A stretch of DNA of 64,000 bases from Candidatus Wolfebacteria bacterium GW2011_GWE2_44_13. Lineage in GTDB: Bacteria > Patescibacteriota > Minisyncoccia > UBA6257 > UBA9933. The first letter of the stretch is position 1. Every line of letters starts with the position of its first letter. The notes under the pieces are model-generated. The model did no database searches and was not told the origin of the DNA. It was given only the letters and a program-made list of their open reading frames with translations. Below, piece after piece: positions 10,416-20,728 of the stretch. The position numbers were made by a program, and so were the translations under genes. The DNA lies in the NCBI GenBank assembly GCA_001000675.1, contig LCHW01000003.1:3873-67872 (forward strand), given 5' to 3'.

Positions 10416-11714
10416 TTATTTCTTATCGTCTACTCGTTCTAAAATTCGTAAATCAATAACATCGCCACTTACCGGTATCTCAGCTAATCGTGGCTCTTTT
10501 TCTGCAGTGGCTTGCGCCGTCATTGAAGGTTCGCCTCGCTGCGGCGTTTTCATAACTTCTCCTAGTGGTATCTGTGGCGACACGACAGGCGCGACAGCTG
10601 GTTGCATAGGAGTAGTAACTGACTGTTGCATATCCTGTATACTATTGGCAGATTTTTGCTCAAAGTTTACCTCGTGTTCTTGCTTTGTTACGGGCGCAAA
10701 TGCCGTAGCTTGCCGTTGTTCCTGTGCTTGTTCTCTTGCGCTGCTTTGTAGTGTTTCTATCGGCCTTACTTCCTCTGTTTTTTGTTCAGATGCTGGTTGC
10801 TCGTCATGGGCCATTAAGTCAACCATCTTGGGCTCAAAATTAACCTCGTGTTCTTGCTTTGTTACGGGCGCAAATGCCGTAGCTTGCCGTTGTTCCTGTG
10901 CTTGCTGCCCAAAGATATCTTCGGTCGCCTTTGCGGCTGTATAATGCACAACGCGCGGTGCTTGCTGCTCGGTTCTTGCAACATCCCCTGCTTTGCGCTG
11001 GAGCCCTTCTGCCATACTTACTTGCGCCGTAATTGCAGCTCCTCCATTTTCTACTCCCTTTTCCTTTCCAAAGCCAAACATTCCTCCAAACGAACTAAAT
11101 GACCTCCCTTTTCGAGAAACCGTTTTTAGCTCTGTCTCCGAGTGAATCATTGTCGGCGCCGCAATCCCCTCTTCTTGTATTTGATCTTTAGGCGCTTCCG
11201 CTATCACAGCTGCAGACGCATCTTCACCGTCCTGTATTTTTATCTTTCGCACATCAAATTGCGTAGACTCTTTTGTTGTCATTACTGCAGGTTCACCCAG
11301 CTCTGCTGGTGTATATAATTCTCCGCTCGCTTTTGCACGCTCTCTAATTTCAACACTTGTTTCTTCGATAATCCGCGGACCACTTCCAGATACTGTTCTG
11401 TACAATTTTAATATATCCCCTCTAACCGGATCGAATATTCTATGATCAACTTGAAAAATAATCGCATCCGCGGCCTTCTTATCGATACCAGGAATTGACT
11501 GCAATTCTGCCGAAAAATCATTGATGTGCGTAAAGCCGAGCACGATATTCCCTACTACGTTTGCAACATTCTTTATGATGTCCTTGGGCAATCCAGCTTC
11601 TTCGCAGACATTCGAAATAGCCTCTCCGTTTTCGAATGAGAAAAAGGCTTCTCGCAAGCTCTCTGGCGTTGCTTCCCATCGGTCATAAATTTGTTCTTTC
11701 GTAATTATTTGCAT
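10416..11714 (-). CDS. Hypothetical protein with low-complexity C-terminal region and internal duplication
   Basis: 432-aa ORF; QAQEQRQATAFAPVTKQEHEVNFE occurs twice. Confidence 0.6.
   Translation of the reverse strand: MQIITKEQIYDRWEATPESLREAFFSFENGEAISNVCEEAGLPKDIIKNVANVVGNIVLGFTHINDFSAELQSIPGIDKKAADAIIFQVDHRIFDPVRGDILKLYRTVSGSGPRIIEETSVEIRERAKASGELYTPAELGEPAVMTTKESTQFDVRKIKIQDGEDASAAVIAEAPKDQIQEEGIAAPTMIHSETELKTVSRKGRSFSSFGGMFGFGKEKGVENGGAAITAQVSMAEGLQRKAGDVARTEQQAPRVVHYTAAKATEDIFGQQAQEQRQATAFAPVTKQEHEVNFEPKMVDLMAHDEQPASEQKTEEVRPIETLQSSAREQAQEQRQATAFAPVTKQEHEVNFEQKSANSIQDMQQSVTTPMQPAVAPVVSPQIPLGEVMKTPQRGEPSMTAQATAEKEPRLAEIPVSGDVIDLRILERVDDKK
10669..10904. repeat. 62-bp perfect direct repeat (10669-10730, 10843-10904) within CDS
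   Basis: acctcgtgttcttgctttgttacgggcgcaaatgccgtagcttgccgttgttcctgtgcttg twice, 174 bp apart. Confidence 0.9.
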
Positions 11715-11760
11715 ATTTTTTCGAGTACGCTCGTGTTATGAGCGTACTCGTTGTTTCGTT

Positions 11761-13863
11761 TTACGCACCACTTTCGAATAATCGACTTGCCATACTGTTT
11801 TCGAATGACTTATTGCGATTGATCATTTTTTTATAATCATGCGCCTTAAGTCTCTCCATCGTCATTGCATTTGCATTCTTTTTTATGGCCTCGTACGCTT
11901 CTTTCATATCCATCCCTTCAATATTCTCTACCCCTGAAGCAACAGACACTTCTTTCAACAATGCCATAGCTTCCTTTTGTGATTCCTCGTGCACGGCTCT
12001 TATTTCACTCGCAAACTTTGCCATCTTTTCTTTGTCTTTCATCTTTCCCGCGACTTTCGCAATTGCGCCAGGGAATTCCGCTACCATGCGCTTACGCGCC
12101 TCTTGTGCAAACTCAGAATCTCCGGTATATGCCGATTCTGGCATATCCGCATAATCCTTAGCCGAAGTGAAGCCTTCGTAGAACTTTGTCATCGCTTCGT
12201 CCAACTCTCTCTGTGCTGCTTCTACCTCTGCTGAAGTTGTCGCCCCTGCTGGCATATTAGCTATCGCAGCCTTCTTTGCTTTCGATGCCTTCACCATAGC
12301 AGCACTCTTTCCGGCTGCCTTTTCCATCTTCCCGTGTGCCTTTCCATCTCCGTACTGGGCAAATGCTGGACCCATTGTCTCGATATCTCGCTCAAGTACT
12401 GTTTCGTTAATCTTGTCCACCTTATTAGCCTTCACAAGTCGATCCATGGCAAATACCTTTTCATCCCTACTCATCGTCGAGTAGCGCAATGCCAAATCAT
12501 CATCGGACATTTTCCCAAAGCTCTCATCAAATGCTTTCTTTACCGCTGCTTTCTGACCTTCTGAAATTGCGCCTCCTGCACGACCCAGCTTTCCAGCGGC
12601 CCAGCCCTTTACTCCGCCTTCTCCTTCCATCTTACGCAATCTTTCTGCTCTGTCTGCCAGGCCTACTTTACTACTAAGAGCCGTTACTCCTCGATTCTTT
12701 AAACGCAATGATTCTCTTCGTCCATACGCGGCTGTTCCAGCGGCAGCGCCAACTGCAGCTCCTCTTGCACCTTTACCCCATCCTTGAATCTTTCCTTGAC
12801 CCCATCCGGTCATCGATCCCATCATATCCTTCCCTCCTTTTGCTCCGGAAATACTAATACTGTTTGCGGCAATTAATGACATAATCATCAACATAACAGC
12901 TATTACCATTTGGATAATCGCGCCAGTCATCGATGGCGCGAGCCCATCACCAAAAACAGCTGCTGCCGTTCCTACTGCAGGAGCTTCTTCATTTCCCTTT
13001 AACGCGCTCAACGATGTGAGCGAAAGCCACATGAAAAATATCATAACCGGAGGGAACATGGTCCAACGCACAAAGTCATTCCACCATTTATCCCAGTGCT
13101 TTTTTGTACCTGGGAATATCCACGCGACAAAAATGATCGGGGTTAACGTCAATAAAAACGTGAGGATAAAGAACCGTACAAACATCATCGCTGCGATTGT
13201 AAGCATAATAACCGATGCAATGAGCGTAAATATAACGACAAATGCTCCGCTTATTAAAATCATCAGCATCGCAGTCCCGAACTTATCCATTGCTCCTTGA
13301 CCCCCGACACCCGAAGTACTTAATAAGCCCGATATGTCAAACGCAGACGCAAGCGCTGATGAAATATTATCGCCCGTTAAGCCAGATTGATTCGCAAAAA
13401 ACTCAGTGGCCATACCCGACATATCTAAAAATACGCCAGGGATTACTAAGCTAAAGTTTACCAACAACGCAATAACGATTAACCGTGGCAATGCCTTTTG
13501 CATGCCATAGGTTTGCGAATTCAGCATTGTTGCAAATGCAATAATGATTAATGCGACAACGAGTGCAAGGTCGGCAACGTTTACAAATACTGTCCATCCA
13601 TTAAACAAGAACGCATTTGATTCTGGATCGAGAATATTATTATTGAGCCGCATTGCCACTTCGATCATCCATCCACCCGCCATAAATATCTTTTGCGCGA
13701 GTGCGGTAAGCAATGTAAGCAATACTAAGACGAGCTTCGTGACTACATTTGTTGAAAGTGACGTAAGGTCAAAAAATCCCGCGTGCGCCTTGGTTGTAAG
13801 CGCAAATTCAAAAAGCACAGCAAGTAACCCAACCGAAATAAATTTTTTATAGATTGATTGCAT
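11761..13863 (-). CDS. VirB6/TrbL-like polytopic membrane protein with long helical C-terminal tail
   Basis: Multiple TMs; LIVIALLVNFS, R...L..L.PI...WIFP.T...W.KW motifs; lies in the virB4/prgI locus. Confidence 0.7.
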   Translation of the reverse strand: MQSIYKKFISVGLLAVLFEFALTTKAHAGFFDLTSLSTNVVTKLVLVLLTLLTALAQKIFMAGGWMIEVAMRLNNNILDPESNAFLFNGWTVFVNVADLALVVALIIIAFATMLNSQTYGMQKALPRLIVIALLVNFSLVIPGVFLDMSGMATEFFANQSGLTGDNISSALASAFDISGLLSTSGVGGQGAMDKFGTAMLMILISGAFVVIFTLIASVIMLTIAAMMFVRFFILTFLLTLTPIIFVAWIFPGTKKHWDKWWNDFVRWTMFPPVMIFFMWLSLTSLSALKGNEEAPAVGTAAAVFGDGLAPSMTGAIIQMVIAVMLMIMSLIAANSISISGAKGGKDMMGSMTGWGQGKIQGWGKGARGAAVGAAAGTAAYGRRESLRLKNRGVTALSSKVGLADRAERLRKMEGEGGVKGWAAGKLGRAGGAISEGQKAAVKKAFDESFGKMSDDDLALRYSTMSRDEKVFAMDRLVKANKVDKINETVLERDIETMGPAFAQYGDGKAHGKMEKAAGKSAAMVKASKAKKAAIANMPAGATTSAEVEAAQRELDEAMTKFYEGFTSAKDYADMPESAYTGDSEFAQEARKRMVAEFPGAIAKVAGKMKDKEKMAKFASEIRAVHEESQKEAMALLKEVSVASGVENIEGMDMKEAYEAIKKNANAMTMERLKAHDYKKMINRNKSFENSMASRLFESGA

Positions 13864-13890
13864 GTGCTTTTTACTACTTTTCTTCTTCTA

Positions 13891-15444
13891 TTACTGACCG
13901 ATAGGCGCTGTACTTTCTATTGTTCGACATGTTGTCAAACGAGTTAACACGAGATTCAAATCGCCAGCCAGAGCAACTGCCTGACTTTTTGCTTCTATAA
14001 GGACATTTGGCTCCGGAGCACTCGGGTCTTCACTTAACCCCTCGCCAGCGAGCGTGTATTTTTCGTTAAATTTCTTTAGTGCAGTTTTTATGAGTGTTAA
14101 TTCCCTTGTTTTTGATAGATCCGCTGCATTTATCTTATTTATCAATTCATTCGCCTCATCAAATTTTGCTTGGTATATTGCAATTGTCGCTACAAGCTTA
14201 TTTCCTTTGGTGCGCGCATCACTTACTTCGCCGTCGGTCACAGTAGGAGGGCATTCGTATACAATGAATGGGTTGGGTGATGGTATGGCCGCTAATTTTT
14301 CTTGAATTGTCTTTATCGCTCCTAAATTTGAAACAATTTGAGCGTTATATGTTGCGGATTCGTTCTTTGCAGCAATCATCGCCTTCCATAGGTCATAGAA
14401 TGGCTGTACTTGGTCTATAAAATCATCTTTTGTAGCGTTATTAAGCGCGTCTATCTGGTCCTGAAAATCGTCCGATGGATTATATCCACTTCCCGGAGCA
14501 GGTTTACCTGTCATCAACGAAAGTCCTTCGCTCATCATTCTGTTTATGCCAGCGTTGATTGCTGCAGAAATAATACTTTGCACTCCTGACACATAAATAT
14601 TATCAGATCCGATCATATTTTTAACCGTTCCCGCAACTGCATCTCCAGGGGTTTGTACCTGCTCTTTTGTACACGATTTATTTTGATCGGCGTAATCGTA
14701 GCAATAGTTAGGGTTACCTGTGTCGAAGTAATTATTTTCAACACAATAATCGTATAGCTTTTGGCTGTCATCCTCGACACACTTACTTACCGATAAAAAT
14801 CCACTTCCAGCCCCTGCCTCCTGCTTTTTCTTTTCTTCAGTAGCTGTTGACCGGATTTTCATATCATCATCAAACATTGCCAGCTGCATGTATAAATTAT
14901 TCTCCGGCTTTAATGACTCACCGTATGCAAGCCATCCACCATTTTCAAAATTTTCATAAAAATCTTCGACGTTCGCTACGATGTCCGAGATAGTACATTT
15001 TGCCTTTTGACTTATTGGCTTTGTTTCAGGAATCAATGCTAGCTGCAGCTGAAATGCAAACGGAACACACAAATCAGCCATTTGTGATTGGCTTATTGTT
15101 TGGTTCACCCCCTCCATGGCGGCGTCCTTTAAGAACCCTTGCCAGTCATCAACGAATCGCGGACTTCCATTCCCCTGAATCCACGCGACGGTCTGCTTAT
15201 TTATTTCATCAACCATCGCCTTTACTATTTGGTCACGTAACGTCTTCATTAACTCCTCCTTGACCCATTGCCCGAGCTGCGTAACCCAATTCGCCACGTC
15301 CTTGTATATCTCCATTTTTTTCAACGCAATTAACCCAGCGTCAACAACCGGAATAGCGTACGTTTTTTGAGGAGTTGCTAATCCAACGAACAGCACCGAC
15401 ACACATACGAACAATGCAACAATTTTTTTAAGAGTATTAGACAT
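13891..15444 (-). CDS. Secreted Cys-containing hypothetical protein of the T4SS-like locus
   Basis: Signal peptide; WIQG...PRFV.DW..FL, FENGGW, GFLS...C, TPG motifs. Confidence 0.6.
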   Translation of the reverse strand: MSNTLKKIVALFVCVSVLFVGLATPQKTYAIPVVDAGLIALKKMEIYKDVANWVTQLGQWVKEELMKTLRDQIVKAMVDEINKQTVAWIQGNGSPRFVDDWQGFLKDAAMEGVNQTISQSQMADLCVPFAFQLQLALIPETKPISQKAKCTISDIVANVEDFYENFENGGWLAYGESLKPENNLYMQLAMFDDDMKIRSTATEEKKKQEAGAGSGFLSVSKCVEDDSQKLYDYCVENNYFDTGNPNYCYDYADQNKSCTKEQVQTPGDAVAGTVKNMIGSDNIYVSGVQSIISAAINAGINRMMSEGLSLMTGKPAPGSGYNPSDDFQDQIDALNNATKDDFIDQVQPFYDLWKAMIAAKNESATYNAQIVSNLGAIKTIQEKLAAIPSPNPFIVYECPPTVTDGEVSDARTKGNKLVATIAIYQAKFDEANELINKINAADLSKTRELTLIKTALKKFNEKYTLAGEGLSEDPSAPEPNVLIEAKSQAVALAGDLNLVLTRLTTCRTIESTAPIGQ

Positions 15445-15448
15445 GAGA

Positions 15449-16267
15449 TTATAATCCTACTTCGGCGTACATTTTCACTAACGACTTTTGTAATGTGTCT
15501 GAATTTTTTATAAAGTCTGGTAATACCTGTGTCGCTAGTAGTCCTTTTAGCGGATCATTATAGCAATTTGCAATCGAGTTAAAAATTATATTCCCTTTCC
15601 GATAATGTGTGATTATTTGTCGATGGAATTCAGCCCACTGAGACGGCACCTGTATGCGAATAACGTCGTCTGCAGTTTCAGTATATGTCGTAGCCATTTC
15701 TCTCCCAACACCGCTTTCCTTCCCTGCACACGCGCGCTCGATTAGTCCTTGCACTCCTCCTTCTACGTTTTCGTAGCTCTTCTTGGCTGGGTGTCGCGCT
15801 AGCGCAGCTTCTAAATCACTGAGGTATCTTTTTTTTGCATCTTGCGTGTTATTTGCAATTATTTTTAGGTCCTTATCGGTTACCGAGATTGTCGCAAATA
15901 GCGATTCAGTCGATGTATCTACTGAGCGAGTAATTGAGCTCTGCACTGCAAATGAATTTGCAGTATCTTCGTCAAAGGGATTTTTCCCTTCCTGGTCAAG
16001 CTGCTTCATTTGCTCAAAAGTTGCGAGGGCAACGCTTTCTGTTACATTATTTTTATCCCCCTCCTTCTCACTCGTAACCGCTGCAAGCCAATCTGTTGAG
16101 ACTCCTATATCTTCGAGAAATCCGGATGCAGAAGAACCATCTAATGATGGTTGTGATTTTTCATTTACTTGCTGTTGACTATCCTCTCCTCGATTGACTA
16201 CGGCATACGATCCAAATAACACAATCGCAATTGCCGCAAATATAATTGCCATTCGATTTCTCTGCAT
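15449..16267 (-). CDS. Membrane-anchored hypothetical protein
   Basis: N-terminal TM; VPS.W..H and DPLK motifs. Confidence 0.6.
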   Translation of the reverse strand: MQRNRMAIIFAAIAIVLFGSYAVVNRGEDSQQQVNEKSQPSLDGSSASGFLEDIGVSTDWLAAVTSEKEGDKNNVTESVALATFEQMKQLDQEGKNPFDEDTANSFAVQSSITRSVDTSTESLFATISVTDKDLKIIANNTQDAKKRYLSDLEAALARHPAKKSYENVEGGVQGLIERACAGKESGVGREMATTYTETADDVIRIQVPSQWAEFHRQIITHYRKGNIIFNSIANCYNDPLKGLLATQVLPDFIKNSDTLQKSLVKMYAEVGL

Positions 16268-16313
16268 AATAGTTATAGTATACCTTTTAATCTCTTTGTC
16301 CGCAATATTAGCA

Positions 16314-17864
16314 TCACTCTCCTTGTCCAGTCATCGTTGAATAATACGTGGGTATATACTGATTAAAATAATTGTTCATAAGTGGCATCATTAAGCGCTC
16401 TACGGGAGCATGGTTATCTTTTAATAAAACTCCCTTGCTGGCGACAATACTATCGTCAATAAGCAGCTTCGATAAAAATTCTCCATTTTCTCCCCGTGCT
16501 ATTTTTTCTCGTATCTCTTGTATATTTATCGCGTTATTTGTGTTTACCCCTACAAGAACAATATTTTGCGGCGCATATTCACTTTCCCCATATGCAAACA
16601 TTACATATTGGCTAAAGGTTTCTCTAAATGTTTTCCCTATACTCTCAAAAAGTCCGGCATTTTCTCCTGCTCGTGCTGAAATAAAATTTACTGCGTATAA
16701 ACCATTTTCATTTAAATGATTTTTCACCTCTTCATTAAACTCCCTTGTTGTCATATGCCATGGCACAGAAACAAACGAGTTATACGCATCAGAAAATATG
16801 AGGTCGTATTTTTTATCCGTTCGCTGTAAAAAAACTCGCCCATCGGCAACTTCAGTCTGCATTGGGTATTCTCTTAATTTAAAATAGTCTTCTGCGACCT
16901 GCTGTACTTTTGGGTCGATTTCTACGGTTGTCACATTTGCATCTTTATATGCGGAGACGATTTTTTTCGAAAGCGTGTACGATCCTCCTCCTATCACAAG
17001 AACATCTTTCATCGAACTCCCCATTGCAGAAAATATCGGGTATATATCGGGGTAAAGATTAAGCTTCTGCCCTTCCAGGCCTTCTACACTATGCGAATCG
17101 GCGTCTAAAAATAATGTTCGCACCTTGCCGTTTTTCTCGGTACTACTGTCTACTACTTGAATCTTATAATACTCACTTTCCGCAGCGAACACTTTTCCCC
17201 GCACATCGGTGAATAAATGCATTACGTATGTCACCACCCCTACGCATAAAAACAGTACTGCGATCCATGCTAATCGTTTTTTAGATGTATACAGGATAGC
17301 TGCATTTATTAATAGCACTATAGCAATTAGTAGTATCGTGGCAGAGCTCCCTACATATCCGATAAAATAAAAGCCGGCAAGAAATGTACCGACAATACTC
17401 CCTAGTGACCATGTAGCTGATATTTGTCCTGATTTAATGCCCGTTGTTTCCGTTGTTTTAAGATGAAGCTTTAAAATACTCGGGTATAGTGTTCCGAAAA
17501 GTACCGCTGGCACAAAAAATAGTACTAATGCTAATAATAATGTTGTTATCGAAATAGGTAATCCCAAAAGCGCAACTACTGGGGAAAAATACGCCCCCAA
17601 TGGTATTAAGAATGTCACTATCGAGGTTATCGCAAATAATAACGAGAGCTCTTTTCTCGATCCATATTTATCCGCATATATACCACCTCCATAGTTTCCG
17701 ATTGCCATGCCGAACAACACGACACCAATAACTGACGTCCATGTGTAAATTGATGACCCTACGTATGGCGCCATAATACGCGTCGCGATTAGCTCGATAA
17801 CCATCAAGGCAAATCCTGCGATAAAAGCCGACCCGATTAATATATTGCGATCATTTTTTATCAT
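16314..17864 (-). CDS. Fused membrane domain / spermidine synthase-like SAM-dependent transferase
   Basis: About 7 TM N-terminus; VLVIGGG, VEIDP, DGR.FL, YDLIFSDAY motifs. Confidence 0.85.
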   Translation of the reverse strand: MIKNDRNILIGSAFIAGFALMVIELIATRIMAPYVGSSIYTWTSVIGVVLFGMAIGNYGGGIYADKYGSRKELSLLFAITSIVTFLIPLGAYFSPVVALLGLPISITTLLLALVLFFVPAVLFGTLYPSILKLHLKTTETTGIKSGQISATWSLGSIVGTFLAGFYFIGYVGSSATILLIAIVLLINAAILYTSKKRLAWIAVLFLCVGVVTYVMHLFTDVRGKVFAAESEYYKIQVVDSSTEKNGKVRTLFLDADSHSVEGLEGQKLNLYPDIYPIFSAMGSSMKDVLVIGGGSYTLSKKIVSAYKDANVTTVEIDPKVQQVAEDYFKLREYPMQTEVADGRVFLQRTDKKYDLIFSDAYNSFVSVPWHMTTREFNEEVKNHLNENGLYAVNFISARAGENAGLFESIGKTFRETFSQYVMFAYGESEYAPQNIVLVGVNTNNAINIQEIREKIARGENGEFLSKLLIDDSIVASKGVLLKDNHAPVERLMMPLMNNYFNQYIPTYYSTMTGQGE

Positions 17865-18735
17865 ATTTTTTCATCAAAATAACTATCTCTTCCATGGACA
17901 AATCTTGGGGTCGCTTTCGCTCATCAATGCCAATTTCGTTCAATATTTTTATTACCCGCTCTTTACCCTCTTCTTTCCCTGTGAGATTATTCGCAATTGT
18001 TTTGCGGGGTTGGGTGAATAATTTTTTTATAAACGTATAATATTTTTTACTATCTTCTTCTGTTGGCTGCACATCCAGTCGAATTGTGGCACTGTCTACC
18101 TTCGGAGGCGGGTTAAAATCCTTCTTCGGAACGCTTTCTACGATATCCGGATTTGCCCAAAATTGCACACTCGCGGCAAGCAAATTCATCTGTGGAGCTT
18201 TTGCGCAAATACGCTCGGCAACTTCTTTTTGAATTGTCATTACTACTCGTGTTGGTTTCTGTTCTAACTCTTCGATAACACGCAACAAGTACCCTGTTAT
18301 ATAATATGGAATATTCCCCGCTATTTTATAAGAGGGCATCTCTGTTTGGCGATCTACTGCGTTGCCTTCTCGTTTTCTCCCTCGAGGTAGCATTACTACA
18401 TCTCGGTCGCAAGCCTCGCCGGCGCCTTGTATCTCATCCAAACATACACGCCCCTCGCTTAATGCGTTTACTATAATAGGAAGTGTTTCCAGTGCGTTTC
18501 CTCCAATGACTGTAAATTTCTCTTTTGCAAACTTTTTTCGTAATGCAGGAATGAGCTGTGTATCACGTTCTAATGCAATAATCTGTGCGCCTGCATCTAA
18601 TAAATACTGCGTCAGCTCACCGTGCCCAGGACCAACTTCAATCACAATGTCGCGCTTGCGAATACCAAGTGCCTTTGCTACGTTTTCCAGCTTCTCGTTA
18701 TTGATTAAAAAATGTTGCCCTAATCGCTGACCCAT
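17851..18735 (-). CDS. rsmA: 16S rRNA m6,2A dimethyltransferase with ~42-aa insertion
   Basis: LGQHFL, EVGPGHGELT, GNIPYYIT, QKEVAER, F.PPPKVDS motifs. Confidence 0.93.
   Translation of the reverse strand: MGQRLGQHFLINNEKLENVAKALGIRKRDIVIEVGPGHGELTQYLLDAGAQIIALERDTQLIPALRKKFAKEKFTVIGGNALETLPIIVNALSEGRVCLDEIQGAGEACDRDVVMLPRGRKREGNAVDRQTEMPSYKIAGNIPYYITGYLLRVIEELEQKPTRVVMTIQKEVAERICAKAPQMNLLAASVQFWANPDIVESVPKKDFNPPPKVDSATIRLDVQPTEEDSKKYYTFIKKLFTQPRKTIANNLTGKEEGKERVIKILNEIGIDERKRPQDLSMEEIVILMKKYDKK
18332..18456 (-). repeat. Dispersed structured element copy A, in frame within rsmA
   Basis: Minus strand tttggatgagatacaaggcgccggcgagg...ggcaacgcagtagatcgccaaa; closely similar to copy F at 49372-49483; imperfect terminal inverted arms. 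Confidence 0.8.
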
Positions 18736-18862
18736 AATACTTTTTATTATATAGTAGACAACCGAAAGAAAAAAGTTCGGCAGCTATCTATTCGGCAACC
18801 GTATTGCCGAATTGCCGAACCTTTCCTTTGCCGATTAAAAAACAGGCCTTTGGGCCTGCTTT

Positions 18863-20680
18863 TTAATCCATATCAATATACCGCTCCTCGTCGTCAAAAC
18901 TTCTCCCTCCCCCTCCTTCGAACTGCATCAGCCCTGAGGGTATCTCGCTTAAAAAGCGAGACGGTAAGTTATAGAACGTTAGGTATAATTCTTTTCTAGC
19001 ACGCGTCATAGCAACATACATTAATCTCCTCTCTTCTTCGATTTCATTTTCGTTATTATACGACATCTGATGCGGTATCAACCCATCATTTACTCCCACC
19101 ACAAACACCGCGTCAAATTCCGAACCCTTTGCCATGTGAATGGTCATGAGATTTACCACGTTGTCTTTGAGATTTCGTAAATCCTTTTTCTTTACTGTAT
19201 CGGTCGATTCGAGTAACGAGATGCGCTCCAAGAAATCTTCCATTCTTTCGAATCGTGTAGCAAATTCTATCAACTCCTTGATGTTTTCAATACGTTCAAC
19301 GGAATTGGTTTGTGTGCGTTCGATATAATTAAAGTAATCGGTCGCCATCAATATATACCCAAGCAATTCTACTGGTCTCAGTACAGCAGCCTTTTGGGGA
19401 AGCTCTTCCTTTAACTGTGTGTACGGTTTTTTCAAGAAGCTTTTCTTCAACCGATCAAGACTTATCGTATCTTGCGGATTCGATCCGTATCGCAACGCAG
19501 CAACTAAATCTTTGATTTCTTTTCGCTCGTAGAACTTTAGTCCGCCAAAAATGCGATAGGACATCCCCCGCTCAATTAAGGCTTGTTCAATGGCGCGCGA
19601 TTGCGCATTTGTTCTATAGAGGATCGCTATTGAACCTTGTTCTGTTGAAAATAACCGCATCGCGTCGATATGCCCCGCAATCCATTCTGCCTCCCCATCG
19701 GCACTATATTGTTCAACAACACGCACTTTTCCACCCTCGGGATTATTTGTCCACAAGGTCTTTGATTTCTGCAAATGGTTATGGCTAATAACTGCCGAAG
19801 CTGCCTTGATGATATTTTGTGTCGAACGATAATTCTCTTCCAATAATACTACCTTTGCATCTGGCCAATCTTTCTCAAAGTTGAGAAAGTTTCGAAAATC
19901 AGATCCTCGAAACTTAAAAATAGATTGTTGATCATCCCCTACAACACTTAAATTTCTATACTTGCTCGCTAAGAGCTTAATGAGCATATACTGCGCGGTA
20001 TTTGTATCCTGATACTCATCTACCAAGATATACCGAAATCGCTCCTGATATTCGTTTAATATTTCCGGATTACCTAAAAATAGCATCCCTGGCTTTTGAA
20101 TAAGATCGTCGAAATCGAACGCATTATTGTTTTGCAATGCCAATTCGTATAGCTTGAACAATTTGTACACAACCTCGTCCTCTGCCTGTTCTGGATCGAT
20201 CATCTCATCCTTAATTTTCGAAAACTCCCTTCGCAATACGAGTGGGGTTAAACGCTTTGCATCGCGTTCGGACAATTCGGCGCCTGCGGCAACTTTTTTG
20301 ATTAATGACTTCGAATCGTCTGCATCAAAAATCGTGTAATTCGAATTGCGCCCAAAGATACGCGCTTCCTTTTTCAATATACGCGCCCCAAATGAATGGA
20401 ATGTTCCTAAAAACATACTCTTAAACGCTTCTTTGTCCTTATCGAGTATCTTTTCCGTTCTTTCTTTCATCTCTCCTGCTGCCTTATTTGTAAAGGTAAT
20501 TGCCACAATATTTTCTGGCTTTACGCCGCTGTGCAACAATGCCGCCAGCCTACTTGTTAGCGTCTTTGTCTTTCCCGATCCTGCTCCCGCAACAATAAGT
20601 AATGGTCCCTCGCCATGCTCTACTGCTGATCGCTGTTTATCATTCAATTCATCAAATTGCATCATATATAAATAATTCAC
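18863..20680 (-). CDS. uvrD: UvrD/PcrA superfamily 1 DNA helicase
   Basis: AGAGSGKT, TFTNKAA, DEYQDTN, GDDQQSI, NYRS, YRTNAQSR, EEERRLMYVAMTRA. Confidence 0.9.
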   Translation of the reverse strand: MNYLYMMQFDELNDKQRSAVEHGEGPLLIVAGAGSGKTKTLTSRLAALLHSGVKPENIVAITFTNKAAGEMKERTEKILDKDKEAFKSMFLGTFHSFGARILKKEARIFGRNSNYTIFDADDSKSLIKKVAAGAELSERDAKRLTPLVLRREFSKIKDEMIDPEQAEDEVVYKLFKLYELALQNNNAFDFDDLIQKPGMLFLGNPEILNEYQERFRYILVDEYQDTNTAQYMLIKLLASKYRNLSVVGDDQQSIFKFRGSDFRNFLNFEKDWPDAKVVLLEENYRSTQNIIKAASAVISHNHLQKSKTLWTNNPEGGKVRVVEQYSADGEAEWIAGHIDAMRLFSTEQGSIAILYRTNAQSRAIEQALIERGMSYRIFGGLKFYERKEIKDLVAALRYGSNPQDTISLDRLKKSFLKKPYTQLKEELPQKAAVLRPVELLGYILMATDYFNYIERTQTNSVERIENIKELIEFATRFERMEDFLERISLLESTDTVKKKDLRNLKDNVVNLMTIHMAKGSEFDAVFVVGVNDGLIPHQMSYNNENEIEEERRLMYVAMTRARKELYLTFYNLPSRFLSEIPSGLMQFEGGGGRSFDDEERYIDMD

Positions 20681-20728
20681 GCTTCGTGCGTGAATTATAT
20701 CTTACTCGACTATCGACAGGTTGTCATC

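Noticed and set aside
18776-18836. Clustered ttcggca/tgccgaa heptamers between uvrD and rsmA
   Set aside because: Short nested palindrome with no second copy in the window; function not supportable
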